64,000 nucleotides of DNA from Tubulanus polymorphus (Eukaryota > Animalia > Nemertea), in NCBI RefSeq assembly GCF_964204645.1, contig NC_134033.1:11788655-11852654 (forward strand). The letters run 5' to 3'. Position 1 is the first letter of the stretch. Each line of letters opens with the position of its first letter. The translations under genes and the position numbers were made by a program. Below the pieces are notes generated by a model. That model was not told the origin of the DNA and ran no database searches. It was given only the letters and a program-made list of their open reading frames with translations. This document shows, in pieces, positions 1-13,100 of this stretch.

Positions 1-3000
1 GTTGTTGTTGCAGGCTGCTTCGTTGTTTCAGTGGTCGGTGCTGGGCCTGCCGACGTTGTAACTGGTGGACTAGTCGTTGTCTCTTCGGGACTTGGAGGTG
101 ACGTTTTTGGTGTGGATTTCGTTGTCATTTGTCCACAAGTATTCGTCGCACTATCCCACGTCGCTTTCCCGTCGCATTTACACATTTTTGTCGTTTGGTC
201 AAACGTAGATCCAGAGACACATGATGTGCACTTGTTCGTCTTTTTATCGACGAACTTAGGTGCTTTACAAACGCAATTATTACTGACGAGTGTAAAGCCA
301 TTTTTGCAATCGCATTTATCCCCATTTTCAGTCGATGCTGAAGGACAAACACATTTACCACTTTTGTCTCGGAACTTGTCACCTTTACAAGAATTCGGTT
401 TACACGTTTTAGAGGCTTCGTCATATTGCTGTCCATTGGGACACGTTTCACATTTTCCATCCTTAACGTATTTCGGAGGATCACATTTGCAAACTTTATC
501 AACGGCGTTCATTTGGAAACCATTTTCGCACTTACAATCCTTCGATGGTTCATCGTATTTAGAATTTTGTGGACATTCGCACTTGTTATTTTTCTCTACC
601 ATTACACCCGAACATTCGCATTTCTGATTTTGTGAGTTATAAACCATCTTCGAGTCTTTACATTCACATTTACCATTTCGTTCAACCATACCCTTTTTAC
701 ACTTTGCAGTCGTTGTTGTTGCAGGCTGCTTCGTTGTTTCAGTGGTCGGTGCTGGGCCTGCCGACGTTGTAACTGGTGGACTAGTCGTTGTCTTTTCGGG
801 ACTTGGAGGTGACGTTTTTGGTGTGGATTTCGTTGTCATTTGTCCACAAGTATTCGTCGCACTATCCCACGTCGCTTTGCCGTCGCATTTACACATTTTT
901 GTCGTTTGGTCAAACGTAGATCCAGAGACACATGATGTGCACTTGTTCGTCTTTTTATCGACGAACTTAGGTGCTTTACAAACGCAATTTTTACTGACGA
1001 GTGTAAAGCCATTTTTGCAATCGCATTTATCCCCATTTTCAGTCGATGCTGAAGGACAAACACATTTACCACTTTTGTCTCGGAACTTGTCACCTTTACA
1101 AGAATTCGGTTTACACGTTTTAGAGGCTTCGTCATATTGCTGTCCATTGGGACACGTTTCACATTTTCCATCCTTAACGTATTTCGGAGGATCACATTTG
1201 CAAACTTTATCAACGGCGTTCATTTGGAAACCATTTTCGCACTTACAATCCTTCGATGGTTCATCGTATTTAGAATTTTGTGGACATTCGCACTTGTTAT
1301 TTTTCTCTACCATTACACCCGAACATTCGCATTTCTGATTTTGTGAGTTATAAACCATATTAGAGTCTTTACATTCACATTTACCATTTCGTTCAACCAT
1401 ACCCTTTTTACACTTTGCAGTCGTTGTTGTTGCAGGCTGCTTCGTTGTTTCAGTGGTCGGTGCTGGGCCTGCTGACGTTGTAACTGGTGGACTAGTCGTT
1501 GTCTTTTCGGGACTTGGAGGTGACGTTTTTGGTGTGGATTTCGTTGTCATTTGTCCACAAGTATTCGTCGCACTATCCCACGTCGCTTTCCCGTCGCATT
1601 TACACATTTTTGTCGTTTGGTCAAACGTAGATCCAGAGACACATGATGTGCACTTGTTCGTCTTTTTATCGACGAACTTAGGTGCTTTACAAACGCAATT
1701 TTTACTGACGAGTGTAAAGCCATTTTTGCAATCGCATTTATCCCCATTTTCAGTCGATGCTGAAGGACAAACACATTTACCACTTTTGTCTCGGAACTTG
1801 TCACCTTTACAAGAATTCGGTTTACACGTTTTAGAGGCTTCGTCATATTGCTGTCCATTGGGACACGTTTCACATTTTCCATCCTTAACGTATTTCGGAG
1901 GATCACATTTGCAAACTTTATCAACGGCGTTCATTTGGAAACCATTTTCGCACTTACAATACTTCGATGGTTCATCGTATTTAGAATTTTGTGGACATTC
2001 GCACTTGTTATTTTTCTCTACCATTACACCCGAACATTCGCATTTCTGATTTTGTGAGTTATAAACCATCTTCGAGTCTTTACATTCACATTTACCATTT
2101 CGTTCAACCATACCCTTTTTACACTTTGCAGTCGTTGTTGTTGCAGGCTGCTTCGTTGTTTCAGTGGTCGGTGCTGGGCCTGCCGACGTTGTAACTGGTG
2201 GACTAGTCGTTGTCTTTTCGGGACTTGGAGGTGACGTTTTTGGTGTGGATTTCGTTGTCATTTGTCCACAAGTATTCGTCGCACTATCCCACGTCGCTTT
2301 CCCGTCGCATTTACACATTTTTGTCGTTTGGTCAAACGTAGATCCAGAGACACATGATGTGCACTTGTTCGTCTTTTTATCGACGAACTTAGGTGCTTTA
2401 CAAACGCAATTTTTACTGACGAGTGTAAAGCCATTTTTGCAATCGCATTTATCCCCATTTTCAGTCGATGCTGAAGGACAAACACATTTACCGCTTTTGT
2501 CTCGGAACTTGTCACCTTTACAAGAATTCGGTTTACACGTTTTAGAGGCTTCGTCATATTGCTGTCCATTGGGACACGTTTCACATTTTCCATCCTTAAC
2601 GTATTTCGGAGGATCACATTTGCAAACTTTATCAACGGCGTTCATTTGGAAACCATTTTCGCACTTACAATCCTTCGATGGTTCATCGTATTTAGAATTT
2701 TGTGGACATTCGCACTTGTTATTTTTCTCTAACATTACACCCGAACATTCGCATTTCTGATTTTGTGAGTTATAAACCATCTTCGAGTCTTTACATTCAC
2801 ATTTACCATTTCGTTCAACCATACCCTTTTTACACTTTGCAGTCGTTGTTGTTGCAGGCTGCTTCGTTGTTTCAGTGGTCGGTGCTGGGCCTGCCGACGT
2901 TGTAACTGGTGGACTAGTCGTTGTCTTTTCGGGACTTGGAGGTGACGTTTTTGGTGTGGATTTCGTTGTCATTTGTCCACAAGTATTCGTCGCACTATCC

Positions 3001-6000
3001 CACGTCGCTTTCCCGTCGCATTTACACATTTTTGTCGTTTGGTCAAACGTAGATCCAGAGACACATGATGTGCACTTGTTCGTCTTTTTATCGACGAACT
3101 TAGGTGCTTTACAAACGCAATTTTTACTGACGAGTGTAAAGCCATTTTTGCAATCGCATTTATCCCCATTTTCAGTCGATGCTGAAGGACAAACACATTT
3201 ACCACTTTTGTCTCGGAACTTGTCACCTTTACAAGAATTCGGTTTACACGTTTTAGAGGCTTCGTCATATTGCTGTCCATTGGGACACGTTTCACATTTT
3301 CCATCCTTAACGTATTTCGGAGGATCACATTTGCAAACTTTATCAACGGCGTTCATTTGGAAACCATTTTCGCACTTACAATCCTTCGATGGTTCATCGT
3401 ATTTAGAATTTTGTGGACATTCGCACTTGTTATTTTTCTCTACCATTACACCCGAACATTCGCATTTCTGATTTTGTGAGTTATAAACCATATTCGAGTC
3501 TTTACATTCACATTTACCATTTCGTTCAACCATACCCTTTTTACACTTTGCAGTCGTTGTTGTTGCAGGCTGCTTCGTTGTTTCAGTGGTCGGTGCTGGG
3601 CCTGCCGACGTTGTAACTGGTGGACTAGTCGTTGTCTTTTCGGGACTTGGAGGTGACGTTTTTGGTGTGGATTTCGTTGTCATTTGTCCACAAGTATTCG
3701 TCGCACTATCCCACGTCGCTTTCCCGTCGCATTTACACATTTTTGTCGTTTGGTCAAACGTAGATCCAGAGACACATGATGTGCACTTGTTCGTCTTTTT
3801 ATCGACGAACTTAGGTGCTTTACAAACGCAATTTTTACTGACGAGTGTAAAGCCATTTTTGCAATCGCATTTATCCCCATTTTCAGTCGATGCTGAAGGA
3901 CAAACACATTTACCACTTTTGTCTCGGAACTTGTCACCTTTACAAGAATTCGGTTTACACGTTTTAGAGGCTTCGTCATATTGCTGTCCATTGGGACACG
4001 TTTCACATTTTCCATCCTTAACGTATTTCGGAGGATCACATTTGCAAACTTTATCAACGGCGTTCATTTGGAAACCATTTTCGCACTTACAATCCTTCGA
4101 TGGTTCATCGTAATTAGAATTTTGTGGACATTCGCACTTGTTATTTTTCTCTACCATTACACCCGAACATTCGCATTTCTGATTTTGTGAGTTATAAACC
4201 ATCTTCGAGTCTTTACATTCACATTTACCATTTCGTTCAACCATACCCTTTTTACACTTTGCAGTCGTTGTTGTTGCAGGCTGCTTCGTTGTTTCAGTGG
4301 TCGGTGCTGGGCCTGCCGACGTTGCAACTGGTGGACTAGTCGTTGTCTTTTCGGGACTTGGAGGTGACGTTTTTGGTGTGGATTTCGTTGTCATTTGTCC
4401 ACAAGTATTCGTCGCACTATCCCACGTCGCTTTCCCGTCGCATTTACACATTTTTGTCGTTTGGTCAAACGTAGATCCAGAGACACATGATGTGCACTTG
4501 TTCGTCTTTTTATCGACGAACTTAGGTGCTTTACAAACGCAATTTTTACTGACGAGTGTAAAGCCATTTTTGCAATCGCATTTATCCCCATTTTCAGTCG
4601 ATGCTGAAGGACAAACACATTTACCACTTTTGTCTCGGAACTTGTCACCTTTACAAGAATTCGGTTTACACGTTTTAGAGGCTTCGTCATATTGCTGTCC
4701 ATTGGGACACGTTTCACATTTTCCATCCTTAACGTATTTCGGAGGATCACATTTGCAAACTTTATCAACGGCGTTCATTTGGAAACCATTTTCGCACTTA
4801 CAATCCTTCGATGGTTCATCGTATTTAGAATTTTGTGGACATTCGCACTTGTTATTTTTCTCTACCATTACACCCGAACATTCGCATTTCTGATTTTGTG
4901 AGTTATAAACCATCTTCGAGTCTTTACATTCACATTTACCATTTCGCTCAACCATCCCCTTTTTACACTTTGCAGTCGATGTTGTTGCAGGCTGCTTCGT
5001 TGTTTCAGTGGTCGGTGCTGGGGTTGCCGACGTTGTTACTGGTGGAACTTTGGTTCGTCCCGGCGTTGTTTTCGATGATTTTGGTACACATTTCTCAGTT
5101 GGGGTGTCATAGATTTCTCCTGGTTTACAAGTAACTTTGCTACGTCCCGGTGTTGTTGTCGACGATTTTGGTACACATTTCTCAGTTGGGGTGTCATAGA
5201 TTTCTCCTGGTTTACAAGTAACTTTGGTTCGTCCCGGCGTTGTTTTCGACGATTTTGGTACACATTTTTCAGTAGGGGTGTCATAGATTTCTCCTGGTTT
5301 ACATGTAACTTTTTTGCGTCCTGGCGTTGTTTTCGATGATTTTGGTACACATTTCTCAGTTGGGGTGTTATAGATATCTCCTGGTTTACAAGTAACCTTT
5401 TTGCGCCCCGGCGTTGTTTTCGATGATTTTGGTACACATTTTTCAGTAGGGGTGTCGTAAATCTCTCCAGGTTTACAAGTAACTTTGGTTCGTCCAGGCG
5501 TTGTTTTCGACGATTTTGGTACACATTTCTCAGTTGGGGTATCATAGATTTCTCCTGGTTTACAAGTAACTTTGGTTCGTCCCAGTGTTGTTTTCGACGA
5601 TTTTGGAACACATTTCTCGGTGGGGGTGTCGTACATTTCTCCTGGTTTACAAGTAACTTTAGTTCGTCCGGGTGTTGTTCTCGATGATTTTGGTACACAT
5701 TTTTCAGTAGGGGTGTCATAGATTTCTCCTGGTTTACAAGTAGCTTTGCTACGTCCCGGTGTTGTTGTCGACGATTTCGGTACACACTTCTCAGTTGGGG
5801 TGTCATAGATTTCTCCTGGTTTACAAGTAACTTTTTTGCGTCCCGGCGTGGTTTTCGATGATTTTGGTACACATTTCTCAGTTGGGGTATCAAAGATTTC
5901 TCCTGGTTTACAAGTAACTTTGGTTCGTCCGGGTGTTGTTTTCGATGATTTTGGTACACATTTCTCAGTTGGGGTGTCGTAAATCTCTCCAGGTTTACAA

Positions 6001-9000
6001 GTAACTTTGGTTCGTCCCGGTGTTGTTTTCGATGATTTTGGTACACATTTCTCAGTTGGGGTGTCATAGATTTCTCCTGGTTTACAAGTAACTTTGCTAC
6101 GTCCCGGTGTTGTTTGCGACGATTTTGGTACACATTTCTCAGTTGGGGTGTCGTAAATCTCTCCAGGTTTACAAGTAACTTTGGTTCGTCCCGGTGTTGT
6201 TTTCGATGATTTTGGTACACATTTCTCAGTTGGGGTGTCATAGATTTCTCCTGGTTTACAAGTAACTTTGCTACGTCCCGGTGTTGTTTTCGACGATTTT
6301 GGTACACATTTCTCAGTTGGGGTGTCATAGATTTCTCCTGGTTTACAAGTAACTTTGGTTCGTCCCGGTGTTGTTTTCGATGATTTTGGTACACATTTCT
6401 CAGTTGGGGTGTCGTAGATTTCTCCAGGTTTACAAGTAACTTTGGTTCGTCCCGGTGTGGTTTTCGATGATTTTGGTACACATTTCTCAGTTGGGGTGTC
6501 ATAGATTTCTCCTGGTTTACAAGTAACTTTGGTTCGTCCCGGTGTTGTTTTCGATGATTTTGGTACACATTTCTCAGTTGGGGAGTCATAGATTTCTCCT
6601 GGTTTGCAAGTAACTTTGGTTCGTCTCGGTGTTGTTTTCGATGATTTTGGTACACATTTCTCAGTTGGGGTGTCATATATTTCTCCTGGTTTACAAGTAA
6701 CTTTGCTACGTCCCGGTGTTGTTTTCGACGATTTTGGTACACATTTCTCAGTTGGGGTGTCATAGATTTCTCCTGGTTTACAAGTAATTTTGGTTCGTCC
6801 CGGTGTTGTTTTCGATGATTTTGGTACACATTTCTCAGTTGGGGTGTTGTAGATTTCTCCAGGTTTACAAGTAACTTTGGTTCGTCCCGGTGTGGTTTTC
6901 GATGATTTTGGTACACATTTCTCAGTTGGGGAGTTATAGATTTCTCCTGGTTTACAAGTAACTTTGGTTCGTCCCGGTGTTGTTTTCGATGATTTTGGTA
7001 CACATTTCTCAGTTGGGGAGTCATAGATTTCTCCTGGTTTGCAAGTAACTTTGGTTCGTCCCGGTGTTGTTTTCGATGATTTTGGTACACATTTCTCAGT
7101 TGGGGTGTCATATATTTCTCCTGGTTTACAAGTAACTTTGCTACGTCCCGGTGTTGTTTTCGACGATTTTGGTACACATTTCTCAGTTGGGGTGTCATAG
7201 ATTTCTCCTGGTTTACAAGTAACTTTGGTTCGTCCCGGTGTTGTATTCGATGATTTTGGTACACATTTCTCAGTTGGGGTGTCATAGATTTCTCCTGGTT
7301 TACAAGTAACTTTGGTTCGTCCCGGTGTTGTATTCGATGATTTTGGTACACATTTCTCAGTTGGGGTGTCATAGATTTCTCCTGGTTTACAAGTAACTTT
7401 GGTTCGTCCCGGTGTTGTTTTCGATGATTTTGGTACACATTTCTCAGTTGGGGTGTCGTAGATTTCTCCTGGTTTACAAGTAACTTTGGTTCGTCCCGGT
7501 GTTGTTTTCGATGATTTTGGTACACATTTCTCAGTTGGGGTGTCGTAGATTTCTCCAGGTTTACAAGTAACTTTGGTTCGTCCCGGTGTTGTTGTCAATG
7601 ATTTTGGTACACATTTCTCAGTTGGGGTGTCATAGATTTCTCCTGATTTGCAAGTAACTTTGGTTCGTCCCGGTGTTGTTTTCGATGATTTTGGTACACA
7701 TTTCTCAGTTGGGGAGTCATAGATTTCTCCTGGTTTGCAAGTAACTTTGGTTCGTCCCGGTGTTGTTTTCGATGATTTTGGTACACATTTCTCAGTTGGG
7801 GTGTCATAGATTTCTCCTGGTTTACAAGTAACTTTGCTACGTCCCGGTGTTGTTTTCGACGATTTTGGTACACATTTCTCAGTTGGGGTGTCATAGATTT
7901 CTCCTGGTTTACAAGTAACTTTGGTTCGTCCCGGTGTTGTTTTCGATGATTTTGGTACACATTTCTCAGTTGGGGTGTCATAGATTTCTCCTGGTTTACA
8001 AGTAACTTTGGTTCGTCCCGGTGTTGTATTCGATGATTTTGGTACACATTTCTCAGTTGGGGTGTCATAGATTTCTCCTGGTTTACAAGTAACTTTGGTT
8101 CGTCCCGGTGTTGTTTTCGATGATTTTGGTACACATTTCTCAGTTGGGGTGTCATAGATTTCTCCTGGTTTACAAGTAACTTTGGTTCGTCCCGGTGTTG
8201 TTTTCGATGATTTTGGTACACATTTCTCAGTTGGGGTGTCGTAGATTTCTCCAGGTTTACAAGTAACTTTGGTTCGTCCCGGTGTTGTTGTCGATGATTT
8301 TGGTACACATTTCTCAGTTGGGGTGTCGTAGATTTCTCCAGGTTTACAAGTAACTTTGGTTCGTCCCGGTGTTGTTGGCATAACTCTGATTGGTGTTGTA
8401 CCTCCTTTTGGTGTTGTGACGCTTCCTTTTGGTGTTGAACCTCCTTTTGGTGTTGTTACGCTTCCTTTTGGTGTTGTGCCTCGTTTTGGTGTTGTTACGC
8501 TTCCCTTCGGTGTTGTGCCTACTTTTGGTGTTGTGCCTCCTTTCGGTGTGGTACCTCCTTTTGGTGATGTAACACTTCCTTTTGGTGTTGTACCTCCTTT
8601 TGGTGTTGTAATGCTTGCTTTTGGTGTTGTAATACTTCCTTTTGGTGTTGTAACGCTTCCTTTTGGTGTTGTACCTCCTTTTGGTGTTGTAATGCTTCCT
8701 TTTGGTGTCGTGCCTCCTTTTGGTGTTGTGCCTCCTTTAGGTGTTGTGGTGTTTCCTTTGAGAGTTGTGCCTCCTTTTGGTGTTGTGACGCTTCCTTTTG
8801 GTGTTGTGCCTCCTTTTGGTGTTGTGACGCTTCCTTTTGGTGTTGTGCCTCCTTTAGGTGTTGTGGTGTTTCCTTTGAGAGTTGTGCCTCCTTTTGGTGT
8901 TGTGACGCTTCCTTTTGGTGTTGTGCCTCCTTTTGGTGTTGTACCTCCTTGTGGTGTTGTGACGCTTCCTTTTGGTGTTGTGCCTCCTTTTGGTGTTGTG

Positions 9001-10171
9001 ACCTTTCCTTTTGGTGTTGTGCCTCCTTTTGGTGTTGTGGTGTTTCCTTTTGGTGTTGTGACGCTTCCTTTTGGTGTTGTGCCTCCTTTTGGTGTTGTGG
9101 TGTTTCCTTTGTGAGTTGTGCCTCCTTTTGGTGTTGTGACGCTTCCTTTTGGTGTTGTACCTCCTTTTGGTGTTGTAACGCTTCCTTTTGGTGTTGTGCC
9201 TCCTTTTGGTGTTGTGGTGTTTCCTTTGGGTGTTGTGCCTCCTTTAAGTGTTGTGCCTCCTTTTGGTGTTGTGGTGTTTCCTTTTGGTGTTGTGACGCTT
9301 CCTTTTGGTGTTGTGCCTCCTTTTGGTGTTGTGGTGTTTCCTTTGTGAGTAGTGCCTCCTTTTGGTGTTGTGACGCTTGCTTTTGGTGTTGTACCTCCTT
9401 TTGGTGTTGTAACGCTTCCTTTTGGTGTTGTGCCTCCTTTTGGTGTTGTGGTGTTTCCTTTGGGTGTTGTGCCTCCTTTTGGTGTTGTGCCTCCTTTTGG
9501 TGTTGTGGTGTTTCCTTTGGGTGTTGTGCCTCCTTTTGGTGTTGTGCCTCCTTTTGGTGTTGTGGTGTTTCCTTTTGGTGTTGTGACGCTTCCTTTTGGT
9601 GTTGTGCCTCCTCTTGGTGTTGTGGTGTTTCCTTTGGGAGTTGTGCCTCCTTTTGGTGTTGTGACGCTTCCTTTTGGTGTTGTGCCTCCTTTTGGTGTAG
9701 TAGTGTTTCCTTTGGGTGTCGTAGCATTTCCTTTCGGTGTTGTTGTTACTCCTTTAGGTGTTGTAGTATTTCCATTGGGTGTTGTGCCTCCTTTTGGTGT
9801 TGTAGTATTTCCTGTTGGTGTCGTTGTTCCAACGCACTTTTTCTTATCCGGTGATTCCATTGTACCATTTGGACAGGTGCATATGTTTTTTTTTTGGTCC
9901 CAGGATTTTCCACCGTCGCATTTTTTCTCGCATGATTTTGATTGATTGTTTTCCGTGTAACCTTCTTTACACACACATTTGCTATTTTTCACGACTCGAT
10001 TTTCGGATTCTTTGCATGTAGCGTTTGGTTGCTTGCACTCGCCATTGACTCGACTTTCACCTTCTTTGCAAACCGGTTTGCATGTTCCATTTACTTTCTC
10101 AGTCCCATTGGTGCATACCGATTGACAGGTGCCATTTCTAAGTACTTTACCATCGGTACAATTAACCTGCC
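1..10171 (-). CDS. Single giant coding exon (>=10,171 nt, ~3,390 aa) of the mucin-like gene
   Basis: Acceptor cttctag|GG CAG GTT AAT TGT at 10171. Codons start at positions 2 mod 3 both at 10169 and at position 11 (...TKQPATT). The repeat units I translated have no stop. The ORF track lists no terminated ORF in this frame despite internal Met codons. Confidence 0.88.
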
Positions 10172-13100
10172 CTAGAAGTTTATCCAGATGTGACATTTTA
10201 GACAAGCGAAACCTGTAGTAATGATTATCGATGTTAAATCAGGGGGCTGTTTCACATCTCTTGGTGTAATATAACTCGTTATACATATTAAGGGTTGATC
10301 ACTTGAAAATGAACTAATTCCAACACACTTGTCGGATCTCGCAACACTGTGGAAATTGGTCAGACCCTGTTTATTGAATGATTGTAGGGATGGAATGGCA
10401 TAATCAAATAACTAGAAGGTCCGATGGATATATATCATACCATAGCTCAATTTGTACACGACATATCAAAACTGCTCACTATCGATTTCGCGGGAATTTC
10501 GAAACTCATCATAAGATAGGTTAGTAAAGTTACTGAAAATTGCTTTAAAAATAGCCTACCTCCACAATTCCCGGTGGCCTCGTTAAATTTCTGATCTGAC
10601 TTTTCACAAGCGGCTGAAGTTATAAAGGGGCTTTTAAAAACATGTTTGACTGTTACGAAGTGTTTTTGAGTATTTCGATTTCTCAGTATGCTAAGTTCTT
10701 ACCAAGACAGTGGTCCCCAACTTTGATTAAGGGCGGTGGACACTTATCTGAAATTAAAGCATTGACAAGCATTGTTTATGTCACTATTACTCATCAGGAC
10801 TGAACTTAAGATGGCGATGCTGATATATGATGTCAGTGACAGAAAATATTTGAAATTCAAACGACTCACCCATTTGGCATTCACCATTTGTTGGCTTAGA
10901 ACCGACGGGACACGTTGGATTAGGAGGTGGATAGGCTGAAATTACGTGACACTGGATCGTTAAAGGACCTTCTTATTTAGAAAGCATTTATGGCAGTGAA
11001 ATCCAAACTAGGGACCAAAATGAGAATAGAGGAAAAGATTTATTTCTGAAACTCACTGATGCATTTTTTTGTGGTAATGTCCCATTTCTCTCCAGACAAA
11101 CATGGTGGGCAAGTCAGCACTGTAACAATTCAAGCATGGAATTGCTAGCAACGCATAAGTATTGTATGAAAAATGTAGATGTTCAACCGCGTGTGTAGTT
11201 ACCAATTGTAAATACTTACGGATACAAAGATTGCACTCTTTCGACCATCCCTCCGGGCACTTGTCAGCTACGGATGACAAACATTGTATGAAAAGAGGTA
11301 CGAAAATATCAATAGGTATGTACAGTAAAATGAGGGCTCGTCAGTCAAGATGGCCATGGCGTGCATCAGGTTTCCTCTCATACTCATTTAAAGTCTATTC
11401 ATTTTTCCCTCAAATCTAATGGACCCCAAATGAAATTGTATCATATGTGAACCAAACAGGATTGACATGAGTTGTATCCAGGAAGAAAGCCACTAAATAT
11501 TTGGATGGATATATGAAAGCTGTGGGTACTGGAGTGTGTAATGGGTAGTGTAGTGTGATCTGTGTGCATTTTGGTGGCCAGCACACAGATCACATCGTTC
11601 ATTGGGGTTTAGTCCAGGACTCGCGAGATTTTCAACAACACGGAAGTAACGTGTAATAAATGATGACTTGAATTGCATGACTACCTACCACCCCTCATTA
11701 TTGTTGGAAAACTAAACGTTCCGCACTGACTAAAAATTAGTAATAATAATCAATAACATTTTAGAAATGGCCAGAATTTTAACTTAGGTTCTATCTCATT
11801 TTTATTTTACAATTGCGATTGCTATAATTTTTTTTAAACGGCCGTTAAGGCTTCATGTTTCGTCTGCAATTCACTGCAAATAGTTACGCAACTACGCACA
11901 TTTCAGTGTTTTTGGCAGCTGTACACTCAATCGGCACCGTTCGTGACTAGCTTCACTGCGGAATTATCATTAATTAACATCGCCATATCACATCATCAAC
12001 TTATATTGTGCCTTAAAACCCTAACAGCCGAAATAATTGAAATACACACACGATTTCTATCATTGAAAATTGAGAGAATGGCCGTGTTTGTGTTCTGCTG
12101 CTTCGCGTAAATCCCGCAGGGTGGCGCCACCGCGCGGAGTGGGGCCGATACGTCTACGACACATGATTTGTTTATTTGTTTATGTAGAAGGAGCTTAAAA
12201 AAACTTGTTGAAAGTTTATTGAAATATAACTCGATTTTGATCGAGGTGTACTGGTGGGATACTACTGAGGGCTACAATAGCTGGAAATATTTCGAATATT
12301 AAGTCGGCTACTCACCCTTGCACGAGGAACCAGACTTTTTAAAGCCAACGGGACAGGTATGGACTGCAAAAAGAGAACAGATGAAATATACGAAACGAAT
12401 ACGTAGAAAACGTAAATCTATTTACATATTTAACATGTTTTTGACTGACCGATGTTAACTTACACATGTAAAGCTGTCGCTTTTCGTTACAGACCTTGGT
12501 GAAACCCTTCGACATTGTGTAATCTACATTGAGTAAATGGAAAATGTTAGGGTTTTCAGCAGAGATAACTTAATTAACGCATATTGTTTTGGAATGAAGT
12601 TGATCCACTACTGAATATTTCGTTTTTTTTGTCGTTATCTACCTGACACCGTTCGAATGAGAAAGTATTTCACGTAGTTAAGGACGTCGGGTTTTTCGGG
12701 AGTGTACCAATATCCGGAGTAGGTCAACTGCCAAAGAAACGTTACATCAGCCGAAGCCGCTACTCCTAGTGCGAACAAGGCCACTCCTTTATCCATGAGC
12801 TTTTGCGCCTCTAGATATTAGTTACAAATGAAAAAGAGGAAAAATTCAGTACCATTTAATTCTAGGAGTTGTATGGACAATGAGTTGTGGGAGGAAAGAA
12901 AATCTCTGCTTTAGTGGTGTTATTCTGTAACTGAGGATAAACAGTGTTCGATATTTTCGATATTTTCCAAATCAATGTAATCAGTTACATACCTGCCACG
13001 CTATTTTGTGTATTCTGCGACTTGCCGCAACTCAGCATCATAATGAAACGGTCGTTCTTGTTCCCGGTGAACACTGTATTAGTTCGCACCAAAGCCTGCG

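Noticed and set aside
5048-8374. 87-bp array as a CRISPR-like locus
   Set aside because: No unique spacers, fully coding, eukaryotic context.
31-9976. The many ORF-track proteins in 1-10 kb (198-aa, 125-aa, 829-aa, 402-aa, WCC-rich 301-aa)
   Set aside because: Antisense or off-frame shadows of the repetitive giant exon. Some acquire stops in individual repeat copies (e.g. 4113, 7595) while the true frame stays open.
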